Position numbers and translations under genes: made by a program. From Clostridia bacterium (GTDB lineage Bacteria > Bacillota > Clostridia > UBA1381), in contig JAXJXP010000029.1 in assembly GCA_036307445.1 (NCBI GenBank), forward strand, positions 580 to 64,579: a stretch of DNA of 64,000 nt. Direction: 5' to 3'. The notes beneath the pieces are model-generated. The model worked only from the letters and a program-made list of their open reading frames with translations, did not search any database and was not told the DNA's origin. Of the stretch, positions 19,525-29,587 are shown one piece after another; position 1 is the first letter of the stretch, and every line of letters starts with the position of its first letter.

Positions 19525-21303
19525 TTAGTCTTCTTTCTTTTCGATAATTGAGATTGAAAGCTCCTCAAGCTGTTCCTTATCAACGCTTCCCGGAGCCTCG
19601 CTCATAAGCTCTGATGCATTTTGTACCTTCGGGAATGCTGTAACATCTCTTAAGCTTTCAGCACCTGACATTACCATTGCAAGCCTGTCAAGACCAATAC
19701 CCATACCGCCGTGAGGTGCAGCACCATACTTATAAGCTTCAACAAGAAAACCGAATTTCGCTTCAATTTCTTCGTCGCTAAGTCCTAACGACTTAAACAT
19801 TCTCTGCTGCAGCTCGTAATCTGTGATTCTGATTGAGCCGCTTGACATTTCCACTCCGTTTAAAACAAGGTCATATGCCTTGGCTTTAACTTTCTCAGGA
19901 TTGGAATCGAGATATTCTATACACTCATCCATCGGCATTGTGAACGGATGGTGCATAGCAAGGTATTTTCCGCTCTCGTCATCATATTCAAAGAATGGGA
20001 ACTCTGTAATCCAGAGGAAGTTAAACATTCCCTCAGGAATCATATCTAGCTGCTTTGCAACCTTACATCTTAGGTTACCGAGAGTAGGAAGCGTTACTCT
20101 GTTCTTGTCAGCAACGATAAGCATTACATCTCCCTTTTCCATATCGCCCTTTGCAAGAATTGCTTTCATTTCGTCTTCGGTCATAAACTTAGCAAAAGAG
20201 CATGCAGGCTCTTCCTCAAACCATCTGATAAACGCAAGACCCTTTGCACCAATGCCACGTACATATTCCGTCAGCTTATCAATCTCTTTTCTCGTAAGCT
20301 TGTCAGCACCGCCCTTGACTGTAATTGCTCTTACCGAGCCGCCGGCCTCAATAGCAGATGTAAATACACCAAAACCACATTCTTTTACAATATCAGAAAG
20401 GTCATAGATTTCCATACCAAATCTTGTATCCGGCTTATCACTTCCAAAACGCTCCATAGCCTCGGCATAAGTAAGGCGAGGAAGCGGCATTGTAATCTCT
20501 CTTTCGAGAACATCTTTAAATACACGGCTAATGAAGCCCTCAATCATATCAAGCACATCATCAACGTCAACAAAGGACATTTCAAGGTCAATCTGAGTAA
20601 ATTCAGGCTGACGGTCTGCTCTTAAATCCTCGTCTCTAAAGCATCTTGCAAGCTGAATGTATCTGTCAAAGCCCGAAATCATCAAAAGCTGCTTATAAAT
20701 CTGCGGAGACTGCGGAAGAGCATAAAACTTACCATGATGAATTCTCGACGGTACGAGATAGTCTCTTGCCCCCTCAGGTGTAGACTTCATCATCATCGGA
20801 GTTTCTATTTCAATAAAGCCGTTTTCATAGAAATAATCTCTTGCAGATTTTGCAATCTTAGAACGCATTACGATATTATCCTGTAATGGCTTTCTTCGTA
20901 AATCAAGATATCTGTATTTTAAACGAAGCTCTTCGTTTACATTCGAGTTTTCTACAATTTCAAACGGAGTTGTCTGTGCTTTTGCAAGTATTCTCAAATC
21001 GTCTACAAAGATTTCTACATTACCGGTTTTGATTGTGTCATTCTTGCTTTCACGCTCTCTTACAATGCCTTTCGCCATCAAAACAAATTCACTGCGGCAG
21101 GAAGCTGCTTTTTCAAAAATCTCTCTATCTGTTGTTTCATCAAATGCAAGCTGGACAATTCCGCTTCTGTCTCTTAAATCAATAAATATGAGTGTACCCA
21201 TATCACGGATTTTCTGTACATAACCGCCTACGACAGCAGTTGTTCCAACACCGCCGATATCAGCACAATAGCTTGTTCTTTTAAGTCCCTTCATTGTATC
21301 CAT
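19525..21303 (-). CDS. aspS: Aspartate--tRNA ligase
   Basis: OB-fold N-terminus, class II motifs (FRDEDLRADRQPEFTQID, GGMGIGLDRL) and a GAD insertion domain. Confidence 0.95.
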   Translation of the reverse strand: MDTMKGLKRTSYCADIGGVGTTAVVGGYVQKIRDMGTLIFIDLRDRSGIVQLAFDETTDREIFEKAASCRSEFVLMAKGIVRERESKNDTIKTGNVEIFVDDLRILAKAQTTPFEIVENSNVNEELRLKYRYLDLRRKPLQDNIVMRSKIAKSARDYFYENGFIEIETPMMMKSTPEGARDYLVPSRIHHGKFYALPQSPQIYKQLLMISGFDRYIQLARCFRDEDLRADRQPEFTQIDLEMSFVDVDDVLDMIEGFISRVFKDVLEREITMPLPRLTYAEAMERFGSDKPDTRFGMEIYDLSDIVKECGFGVFTSAIEAGGSVRAITVKGGADKLTRKEIDKLTEYVRGIGAKGLAFIRWFEEEPACSFAKFMTEDEMKAILAKGDMEKGDVMLIVADKNRVTLPTLGNLRCKVAKQLDMIPEGMFNFLWITEFPFFEYDDESGKYLAMHHPFTMPMDECIEYLDSNPEKVKAKAYDLVLNGVEMSSGSIRITDYELQQRMFKSLGLSDEEIEAKFGFLVEAYKYGAAPHGGMGIGLDRLAMVMSGAESLRDVTAFPKVQNASELMSEAPGSVDKEQLEELSISIIEKKED

Positions 21304-21306
21304 CGC

Positions 21307-22554
21307 TTATTTCCTCCCAAAAAATTCTGACAGATTATCTAATTTGATTTCTGTCTGCTCACCTGTTAGCATATCCTTGATTTTAGCATTACCGCTCTCA
21401 ATTTCATTATCACCCAGAACTATCGTATACTTAGCACCAAGCTTGTCGGCATATTTCATCTGCGCTTTAAGACTTCTTGACATATGGTCAAACTCAGCAC
21501 TAATGCATTTACTTCTTAGGTCAAATACAAGCTTTTGAGCTGTAATTGCAGCGGTATCTCCCATAGATGCAATATAAAGCTCCGGTTTATCTTGGTCAGT
21601 AATTTCAACGCCAAGCTCATCAAGTCTTAAAAGCAGTCTCTCTATTCCCAGGCCAAATCCAACAGCAGGAGTAGAATCGCCGCCAAACTCTTCAACAAGA
21701 CCGTCATATCTTCCTCCGCCACATACCGTAAAGCCTCCTGAAATTATCTCAAAAACCGTCTTGGTATAATAATCAAGTCCTCTTACAATGCCGTCATCAA
21801 TCTTGTACTCTATACCTGCAGTTTCGAGCGACTTTTTAAATCCTTCAAAGTGCTCACGGCAGTCATCACAAATATAATCCAGAAGTCTTGGTGCGCCTTC
21901 ACAAAGCTTATTACAGATTTCAGACTTACAATCAAGTATTCTTAAAGGATTTCTGTCAAATCTACTCTTGCAGGTATCACAAAGCTCTTCAGTTTTAGGT
22001 TTTAAAAACTCCTTTAGCGCCTCATTATACTTAGCACGGCACTCAGGACAACCGATACTGTTAATATTAACAGAGATGTCATTCAGTCCCACAGATTTTA
22101 AAAAGCTTACTGCAAAGGATACTACCTCAGCATCAATCACAGGGCCTTTTGCACCGAACACTTCAACACCAAACTGATGGAATTCACGGAGTCTTCCCTT
22201 CTGGCTTTTTTCATATCTGAAGCAAGGTACATTATAAAACATCTTAAGAGGCATTGGAAGCTGAAACAGACCATTTTCTATAAAGCTTCTTGCAACCGAC
22301 GCAGTACCCTCAGGGCGAAGTGTAATACTTCTGTCTCCCTTATCATTAAATGTGTACATTTGCTTTTGAACAACGTCAGTTGTATCACCTACACCGCGTA
22401 AAAACAGCTCTGTATGCTCAAATGTAGGAAAACGTACCTCTTTATAACCGTATACCTTTGCTGTATTATTGAATTTTTCTTCTACATACTGCCAACGGTA
22501 GCTGTCTTGAGGTAACAAGTCCTGCGTACCCTTGGGGGCTTTTGTAATCAGCAT
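21307..22554 (-). CDS. hisS: Histidine--tRNA ligase
   Basis: [41 protein letters not shown] and GGGRYDGL motifs, plus an anticodon-binding C-terminus. Confidence 0.95.
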   Translation of the reverse strand: MLITKAPKGTQDLLPQDSYRWQYVEEKFNNTAKVYGYKEVRFPTFEHTELFLRGVGDTTDVVQKQMYTFNDKGDRSITLRPEGTASVARSFIENGLFQLPMPLKMFYNVPCFRYEKSQKGRLREFHQFGVEVFGAKGPVIDAEVVSFAVSFLKSVGLNDISVNINSIGCPECRAKYNEALKEFLKPKTEELCDTCKSRFDRNPLRILDCKSEICNKLCEGAPRLLDYICDDCREHFEGFKKSLETAGIEYKIDDGIVRGLDYYTKTVFEIISGGFTVCGGGRYDGLVEEFGGDSTPAVGFGLGIERLLLRLDELGVEITDQDKPELYIASMGDTAAITAQKLVFDLRSKCISAEFDHMSRSLKAQMKYADKLGAKYTIVLGDNEIESGNAKIKDMLTGEQTEIKLDNLSEFFGRK

Positions 22555-22580
22555 AATCATATTCCCTTCTTTATCATATA

Positions 22581-23549
22581 TTAAAATCCGTATTCACAAA
22601 ATCCTTTTATTAATTGAATTGACGCATCCAAATCCTTCCTGTTAATCATTTCGCTCGGTGAATGAATGTATCTTGTTGGAATGGAAACACCGCCAGCTTT
22701 AACACCGTCTCGACTTGTGTGGATTGCGCCAGCATCTGTACCGCCGTCTGTCATTACTTCAAGCTGATAGGGTATTTTATTCTTTTTAGCAAGCTCAATT
22801 AATGTACTTCTTACTTCACTATTACAGATAATACTTCTGTCCATAACCTTAACAGCTGCACCCTTACCAAGCTCAACTGCCATTTTGGAACAATTGGGCG
22901 TATCACCTGTATCGGTTACGTCAACTGCAAGCGCATAGTCTGGATTAACAGAAAAAGCCGCAGCTCTTGCACCTCTTAGTCCAACCTCTTCCTGTGCAGT
23001 AAAGCAAAAATACAAATCATTATCACTCTTTACACTCTCTAATACTTTTATAAGTGAATAACAGCCTGCTCTGTTATCAAGTGCCTTGGATATAACAACG
23101 CTGTTCGTTTCTTTATATTCACCCTCAAAAACCGCCATATCACCAACATTGACATATTTTTCAGCCTCTTCCTTAGATTCAGCTCCAATATCAATATACA
23201 TCTTAGACATTTTGAGTTCTTTGTTATCCTCTTCTGTATCAATTACACCAATTGTACCATTTTGAAATCTTACCCTGCGGTTTAGAAGTCTTTTAACATA
23301 AACTCCGCCTATATTGGAAAACCGCAGAAATCCCTTTTCATCTATAAAAGTTACTGCAACGCCTATCTCGTCCATATGTGCTGCTAGCATTATTTTCTTT
23401 CCGTCGCCCTTTTTGTGAGCAATTAAATTGCCGAGCGCATCAGTATAAACTTCATCGGCAAGTCCGTTTACAGCATCATATATAACTTGAGTTATATCGC
23501 TTTCACGTCCTGACGGGCCAAAGCTTTGTGTAAGCTTTTCCAAAAGCAT
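22581..23549 (-). CDS. M42 family metallo-aminopeptidase (FrvX/TET-like), paralog 3
   Basis: [15 protein letters not shown] and [12 protein letters not shown] motifs. Confidence 0.85.
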   Translation of the reverse strand: MLLEKLTQSFGPSGRESDITQVIYDAVNGLADEVYTDALGNLIAHKKGDGKKIMLAAHMDEIGVAVTFIDEKGFLRFSNIGGVYVKRLLNRRVRFQNGTIGVIDTEEDNKELKMSKMYIDIGAESKEEAEKYVNVGDMAVFEGEYKETNSVVISKALDNRAGCYSLIKVLESVKSDNDLYFCFTAQEEVGLRGARAAAFSVNPDYALAVDVTDTGDTPNCSKMAVELGKGAAVKVMDRSIICNSEVRSTLIELAKKNKIPYQLEVMTDGGTDAGAIHTSRDGVKAGGVSIPTRYIHSPSEMINRKDLDASIQLIKGFCEYGF

Positions 23550-23565
23550 TTCAATTACCAGCCTT

Positions 23566-24591
23566 TCAATCTATAAATTCATCTATTCTTCTTAAAAACG
23601 CACTCGCTAATTCCTTAACTGCGTTTATATCGTCTTTTGATGCTATGCCTGCAGGAGAGTGAATGTATCTGCAGGGAACAGAAACAGTGGCACACTTAAT
23701 TCCGCCTTGTGCAAGATGGATTGCTCCTGCATTATTACCTCCTGTTATTGCGGCCTTGGTCTGTACTTTTATGTTTTCTTCATTGGCAACAGATATGAGT
23801 TTTTTATAAAATTTTTCATTAGCAATGGTTGTTCCGTCCGCAAAGGATACTGCAGCACCGCCACCAAGTCTTATAACATAATCCTTTTCTTCGCTTGGAG
23901 CAACATCCGAACAGGTAGTGGCCTCTATTACAAGTCCAATATCAGGCTTTACCCTGTTGACTGCAATTTTTGCACCTCTGAGGCTTGTCTCTTCCTGAGC
24001 AGTAAAGCAAAAATAGGTGTCATAAACCGGCTTTTCTTTTATAAGCTCTATCAATACACTGCAGCCTGCACGGTCATCCAACGCTTTTGCTTTAATTGCA
24101 TTATCCGAAAGCTCATCATATTCGGTATCAAACGCAGCATAATCTCCAAGCTCTACATATTCTTCCGCTTCTTCCTTTGATTTGGCACCAATATCAATAT
24201 ACAGAGATTTTACCTTAGGTACTTCGCTACGTTCACTCTTTTCCAGAAGATGTATTGCTTTCATCCCAATAACACCGGGAATTTTATCCTTTCCAACCTT
24301 AACTCTCTTGGAAATCATTACCCTCGTATCTATGCCGCCAACCGTCTTGAATTCAAGAAAACCTTTTTCGGTAATTCCTGAAACAATTAAACCTACTTCA
24401 TCTGTATGCGCATCAAGCATTACAATCCTTTTACCGCTCATACCATTTCTCTTTGCAATAATATTCCCTATCGAGTCAATTTGAATTTCATCAGCATACG
24501 GTTTTATCTTGTCTATTATATAATCTCTGACAGCTTTTTCGTTACCGCTTACACCGTCAAGCTCGCATAGCTCTCTTAAAAGCACAACCAT
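23566..24591 (-). CDS. M42 family metallo-aminopeptidase, paralog 2
   Basis: AHTDEVG, ALDDRAGC and FTAQEETSLRGA motifs. It overlaps the upstream paralog by 16 nt. Confidence 0.85.
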   Translation of the reverse strand: MVVLLRELCELDGVSGNEKAVRDYIIDKIKPYADEIQIDSIGNIIAKRNGMSGKRIVMLDAHTDEVGLIVSGITEKGFLEFKTVGGIDTRVMISKRVKVGKDKIPGVIGMKAIHLLEKSERSEVPKVKSLYIDIGAKSKEEAEEYVELGDYAAFDTEYDELSDNAIKAKALDDRAGCSVLIELIKEKPVYDTYFCFTAQEETSLRGAKIAVNRVKPDIGLVIEATTCSDVAPSEEKDYVIRLGGGAAVSFADGTTIANEKFYKKLISVANEENIKVQTKAAITGGNNAGAIHLAQGGIKCATVSVPCRYIHSPAGIASKDDINAVKELASAFLRRIDEFID

Positions 24592-25616
24592 TCCTCCATG
24601 TTATCATCTATTCCTGCACAAAATCCCGTAATCAAATCGCACAAGTCCTCAACATCAGCAACATCAAGCGTTTCTACTGTTGTGTGCATATATCTTAACG
24701 GAATTGACAAAAGTGCAGTAGCAATTCCTGTGTCAACAACCTGAAGTATCCATGCATCAGTACCAGTATCCCCGCCTTCAACTTCAATGGTATATTTGAT
24801 TTCCCGTTCTTTTGCTGTATCAATCAGTCTGTTTGTAACATTGGGGTGTAAATTCGGTCCCTTTGCAATCGCAACACCACTGCCAAGCTCGAAGCCATTT
24901 TTTGAATTATCAGGTGTTAATCCGTGTGTAACATCAATAACAATTGCAACATCCGGCATAATACTGTATCCTGCAACTGCTGCGCCTCTGCCGCCAACTT
25001 CTTCACACACCGCTGCAACTGCATAGATATCACAATTGAGCTTTTTGTTCTTAAGTGATTCAAGCACCTTTATTAAAGCTGCAACTCCCGCTCTGTCATC
25101 AAGCGATTTCCCCGCAATTCTACCTGATAAAAGTGAGCAAAAATCGCCTCTTACCGTAATAGCATCACCCACAGAAACAAGCTCTTTTACCTCCTTGGTT
25201 TTTAATCCTGTGTCAATCACCATATCTGTCATAGGTAGTGCCTTTTTAGCTTCCTCAGCAGTTTGCAGATGAGGAGGCTTTGCACCTATTACACCTTTTA
25301 TATCCCTTGTTCCGTGAACAATCACCTCTCCGCCGGGTAGTATTCTGCTGTCAACTCCGCCGATATTCACAAAACCGATAAAACCATTTTCGTTTATATC
25401 TCGCACCATAAGACCTATTTCGTCCATATGTGCCTCTATCATAATCTTAGGAGCATCACTCTTCCCGCACTTTTTAACGGCTATTACATTTCCAAGCTTA
25501 TCGGTATATACTTCATCTGCATACGGCTGAAGCATATCCGAAATCACGTTTGAAATTTTATATTCGTTTCCTGAAATACCTCTAAGAGCTGAAAGCTTCT
25601 CTAATAGTTCCTTCAT
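24576..25616 (-). CDS. M42 family metallo-aminopeptidase, paralog 1
   Basis: AHMDEIG, SLDDRAGV and VCEEVGGRGA motifs. Start set at MKELLEKL, 5 nt after GGAGG. Confidence 0.85.
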   Translation of the reverse strand: MKELLEKLSALRGISGNEYKISNVISDMLQPYADEVYTDKLGNVIAVKKCGKSDAPKIMIEAHMDEIGLMVRDINENGFIGFVNIGGVDSRILPGGEVIVHGTRDIKGVIGAKPPHLQTAEEAKKALPMTDMVIDTGLKTKEVKELVSVGDAITVRGDFCSLLSGRIAGKSLDDRAGVAALIKVLESLKNKKLNCDIYAVAAVCEEVGGRGAAVAGYSIMPDVAIVIDVTHGLTPDNSKNGFELGSGVAIAKGPNLHPNVTNRLIDTAKEREIKYTIEVEGGDTGTDAWILQVVDTGIATALLSIPLRYMHTTVETLDVADVEDLCDLITGFCAGIDDNMEEWLCF

Positions 25617-25629
25617 TATTTCCTCCACG

Positions 25630-26991
25630 TCAGAGACTTAAAACAATTTCTTTAAAAAGATTTCCTCTTTCTTCAAAGTTATTGAACATATCAAAGCTGG
25701 TAGATGCAGGAGATAAAATAACTACGTCTCCTTTTGCAGCTTCATTTTTGGCAAGATTAACTGCCTCAGGATAGGTGTTGGCATGAAGTATCCTCACCTT
25801 ATCACCTCTATCAGCTTTTTTTACTGCAGCTTCTATTTTATCTGCAGTTTTACCAATCAAAACAAGCGACTTTACGTGTTCAACAACACAGGGGCCTATT
25901 TCGTCATACGGTATTCCCTTGTCTTTACCGCCTGCTATCATAATTACATTATTACCAAAAACACGAAGTGTATTAATCGAGCGGTTAGGACTTGAATCAA
26001 TTGAGCTGTTATAATACTTTACTCCGTCAAGAATTCTGACAAGCTCAATTCTGTGCTCAACTCCGCCAAAGCTATTTGCAACTTCGCAAAAAACCGACTT
26101 TGGCACAAGGTCACACACAGCTGCAATTGCTGTCATATAATTTTCAACATTGTGCATACCCGGTATTTTAATTTCGGCTATATCCAAAAGCTTTTCGTTT
26201 TCATTATATATCGAGCCATCTTTAATATAGATATCAGCATTACGATATGCAGAAAAGGTTATAACCTCTCCATTTGCGTTTCCTATAAGCTTGGCAGTTT
26301 CTTCATTATTGCTGTTTAGTACAACCTTACAGTTTTCCGACTGATAACGCATAATGTTCTTTTTTGCCTCAATATACTCGTTATAATCAGTATGCCAGTC
26401 AAGATGGTTAGGCGTAATATTGGTTATCACTGCAATATCAGGCGATTTGCGCATTGTGTGAAGCTGAAAGCTTGAAAGCTCAAGTACAATCCACTCATCA
26501 GAAGTTATCTCATCAATCTCACCAATTAAAGGTCTTCCAATATTACCTCCGAGCCTTGTTTTATATCCAGCAGCTACTAAAAATTTATTTATAAGTGTGG
26601 TAGTAGTTGTTTTTCCGTCGCTGCCGGTTACTGCAATTATTTTTGCAGGACAGACGTCAAAGAATACTTCCATTTCAGATGTTATCCACGCACCGCGCTC
26701 TCTTGCTTTTAGAAGTGCAGGATTGTCATAGCGCATACCAGGCGTCTTAAATATAATGTCTTCGTTAATTTCGTCAAGATAGCTTTCACCAAGGTTAAAA
26801 CATACACCCAGCTCTGAAAGCTCTGTGTAAATTTGTCCGAGCTGTTCTTTTTCTTTTTTATCATATGCCCAAATTTTAGCACCTTGTTTAATCAAAAATT
26901 TAATAAGCGGTACATTGGAAATTCCGATTCCGATTACGGCAATCTTTTTTCCCTTTACCCTTTCTGAAAATCGAACAAGCTTTTTATTCAT
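25630..26991 (-). CDS. murD: UDP-N-acetylmuramoylalanine--D-glutamate ligase
   Basis: Mur ligase P-loop (VTGSDGKTTTTTL) and the typical MurD N-terminal Rossmann region (VIGIGISNVPL). Confidence 0.93.
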   Translation of the reverse strand: MNKKLVRFSERVKGKKIAVIGIGISNVPLIKFLIKQGAKIWAYDKKEKEQLGQIYTELSELGVCFNLGESYLDEINEDIIFKTPGMRYDNPALLKARERGAWITSEMEVFFDVCPAKIIAVTGSDGKTTTTTLINKFLVAAGYKTRLGGNIGRPLIGEIDEITSDEWIVLELSSFQLHTMRKSPDIAVITNITPNHLDWHTDYNEYIEAKKNIMRYQSENCKVVLNSNNEETAKLIGNANGEVITFSAYRNADIYIKDGSIYNENEKLLDIAEIKIPGMHNVENYMTAIAAVCDLVPKSVFCEVANSFGGVEHRIELVRILDGVKYYNSSIDSSPNRSINTLRVFGNNVIMIAGGKDKGIPYDEIGPCVVEHVKSLVLIGKTADKIEAAVKKADRGDKVRILHANTYPEAVNLAKNEAAKGDVVILSPASTSFDMFNNFEERGNLFKEIVLSL

Positions 26992-27209
26992 TAACTAATT
27001 ACCTCTTTCAGTTATTGCTTATAATATCAATCAATATATTATATCACACCGCGTGAAACAGTTCAACCAATTTAGCAGAAATTTACAAAATAAATTTAAT
27101 TTCTTTTTAGGAATAAATTTATTCAATAAAATAATTCCAGAATGTAGAATTTTATATACTTTTAGTGTATAATAAATATTTGATATAATAATGTTAGGAG
27201 TGGATTATT

Positions 27210-27701
27210 ATGGATAGCAAAGCAAAAATTTTAGATATATTGGACAAGAACGGCGAACGAGCCAATTTGCAGAAGATTGCACAGATGATCGGTAAAAGCG
27301 AAGAAGACGTAGAAAATATAGTAAAAGGTCTTGAAAAGGAAAATGTAATAGTTGGATACAAGACATTAATTAACTGGGACCTTACCGATGCTGAAATAGT
27401 TGATGCACTAATCGAACTTAAAATAACACCTCAACGAGGCGAAGGCTTTGACCGAGTTGCAGAAAAGATTTATAAGTACCCACAGGTAAAGTCGCTTTAT
27501 CTTATGTCTGGTGCATACGACCTTGCGGTTATGATTCAGGGTACTACTATGAAAGACGTTGCGCTTTTTGTTGCAGAGAAGCTTGCGCCTATGGATCATA
27601 TTCTCTCAACAGCAACACACTTTGTACTGAAAAAATATAAGGAAGACGGATTAATCTTCTACAATAATGAAGAAGATACCAGGCAGGTAATTACGCTATG
27701 A
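27210..27701 (+). CDS. Lrp/AsnC family transcriptional regulator
   Basis: N-terminal HTH followed by an RAM/AsnC_trans_reg-type ligand domain (AYDLAVMIQG). A 4-nt overlap couples it translationally to the downstream aminotransferase. Confidence 0.8.
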   Translation: MDSKAKILDILDKNGERANLQKIAQMIGKSEEDVENIVKGLEKENVIVGYKTLINWDLTDAEIVDALIELKITPQRGEGFDRVAEKIYKYPQVKSLYLMSGAYDLAVMIQGTTMKDVALFVAEKLAPMDHILSTATHFVLKKYKEDGLIFYNNEEDTRQVITL

Positions 27702-28873
27702 TAAATTATGATAATATATTAAATGAAACAGTAAAACAGGTGCCGCCATCAGGAATCAGAAAGTTCTTTGACCTTGCAGCATCAATGGATGATGTTATTT
27801 CGTTAGGTGTCGGTGAGCCTGACTTTGCTACTCCCTGGGCAATCAGAGAAGCAGGTATATACTCTTTGGAGCGGGGCAGAACATTCTATACTGCAAACGC
27901 AGGTCTTCAGGAGTTAAGAGAAGAAATCTGCCGTTGGACAAACCGTAAGTATTCGGTAAAATACACACCCGATGAGGTTTTGGTAACTGTCGGTGGTTCA
28001 GAAGCAATTGACCTTATGATTCGTTCGGTTGTAAACCCGGGCGACGAGGTGATTGTACCCGAACCAAGCTTTGTATGCTACAAGCCGATAGCTAAGCTCG
28101 CAGGCGGTGTTCCTGTTGTAATCGAAACCTTGGAAAAGGATAACTTCCGTTTGATGCCGGAGCAACTCAAAGCTGCTATTACGCCAAAAACAAAGCTTCT
28201 CATTCTCCCTTTCCCAAACAACCCAACAGGCGGAGTAATGTCAAAATCGGATTTGGAAGCGATTGCCGAGGTACTTAAGGGCACTGATATTTTAGTCCTT
28301 TCAGACGAAATATATTCAGAGCTAAGATACGATGACGAAAGTCATACAACCTTCTCTGCAATAAAGGATATGAAAGAAAGAACAGTTGTAGTAAACGGCT
28401 TTTCAAAAGCATTTGCTATGACCGGCTGGAGACTCGGTTATGCTATGGGACCTGAGCCTATCATCTCTATGATGAAAAAGGTGCATCAATATGGTATTAT
28501 GTCCAGCCCGACCACAAGCCAGTTTGCTGCCATTGAAGCAATGAAGTCGTGCGACAACGACGTTGAAATGATGCGACGCGAATACAACTACCGCAGAAGA
28601 TATATAGTAGACGGTTTTAGAAATATGGGATTCTCCTGTTTCGAGCCTTATGGTGCTTTCTACATCTTCCCCTGTATTAAGAAGACAGGAATGACCAGCG
28701 AAGAGTTCTGCGAAAGACTTCTTGAAGAAGAAAAGGTTGCATGCGTTCCAGGAAATGCTTTCGGTCAAAGCGGTGAAGGATATATAAGAGTATCCTACGC
28801 ATATTCTATTGACAACATAGAAAAGGCATTAGAACGAATTGGTCGTTTTGCAAAAAAGTATATTAAAGAATGA
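27698..28873 (+). CDS. Class I/II PLP-dependent aminotransferase (aspartate/aromatic type)
   Basis: GVGEPDF, PNNPTG and the PLP-lysine motif NGFSKAFAMTGWRLGY. Confidence 0.85.
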   Translation: MINYDNILNETVKQVPPSGIRKFFDLAASMDDVISLGVGEPDFATPWAIREAGIYSLERGRTFYTANAGLQELREEICRWTNRKYSVKYTPDEVLVTVGGSEAIDLMIRSVVNPGDEVIVPEPSFVCYKPIAKLAGGVPVVIETLEKDNFRLMPEQLKAAITPKTKLLILPFPNNPTGGVMSKSDLEAIAEVLKGTDILVLSDEIYSELRYDDESHTTFSAIKDMKERTVVVNGFSKAFAMTGWRLGYAMGPEPIISMMKKVHQYGIMSSPTTSQFAAIEAMKSCDNDVEMMRREYNYRRRYIVDGFRNMGFSCFEPYGAFYIFPCIKKTGMTSEEFCERLLEEEKVACVPGNAFGQSGEGYIRVSYAYSIDNIEKALERIGRFAKKYIKE

Positions 28874-28874
28874 C

Positions 28875-28905
28875 AAAAGAGGGTGTATATTACACCCTCT
28901 TTGAT
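28875..28905. terminator. Bidirectional terminator
   Basis: AAGAGGGTGTA-tat-TACACCCTCTT lies between convergent genes. Confidence 0.7.
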
Positions 28906-28911
28906 TTATTC

Positions 28912-29574
28912 CTATTCGGTAAGTATTTTTCTCAAGGTCAACGAAGAATTACCATTTTCACCATCAGCAACAGAATAAGAAACAGAATTATCAGAAGTTT
29001 TTTTCTCGTCATTTAACAACAGTAACGGAATGTCCAGTGCATTGCAGAGCATTATCCCAACATCATTTCTTGTCGCGGCCGTGTTTACTCCCAGCATCAT
29101 ATCTTTTGTAACTCCAAGCTGTGTTGCATAAAATGTATATCCTGCAGGAAAACCGCCTCTCATTTCTGCTCCAATATCATAACCGAGTAAACAGACAATC
29201 ATTTTTATGATTTCTTCATTTGTGATTTCATTTTCAGGGTTAAATAATCCTCTTTCATCACCAACTACAATTCCTTCTCTTTTTAATGCACAAATGTACT
29301 TATACCCCCAGAAGTCTTTTTTAACATCGGGAAACGCTTCTTCCTCAACATACGTTTCCTCGACCTGTATATTTCCGGCAACACAAATCATTTTTGCTGA
29401 CTCCGCTCTTGTTATAGTATCACCAAGCCTAAGGTTTCCATTCTCATCACCTACCATTATACCGTAATTATACAATTCCTCTTTTTGTTTTTCATTTAAC
29501 GGCATTACCTGAGCAAAAGCTACGTTTAATATAATATTAAATACTGCCAGAATCGCACAAATCAACTTTTTCAT
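28912..29574 (-). CDS. Secreted SLH (S-layer homology) domain protein
   Basis: Signal peptide, then SLH-like repeats (GDTITRAESAKMI; FPDVKKDFWGYKYICALKREGIVVGDERGLFNPENEITNEEIIKMI). One nucleotide separates it from the blaR1-like gene. Confidence 0.7.
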   Translation of the reverse strand: MKKLICAILAVFNIILNVAFAQVMPLNEKQKEELYNYGIMVGDENGNLRLGDTITRAESAKMICVAGNIQVEETYVEEEAFPDVKKDFWGYKYICALKREGIVVGDERGLFNPENEITNEEIIKMIVCLLGYDIGAEMRGGFPAGYTFYATQLGVTKDMMLGVNTAATRNDVGIMLCNALDIPLLLLNDEKKTSDNSVSYSVADGENGNSSLTLRKILTE

Positions 29575-29587
29575 AATACCCCTCATT

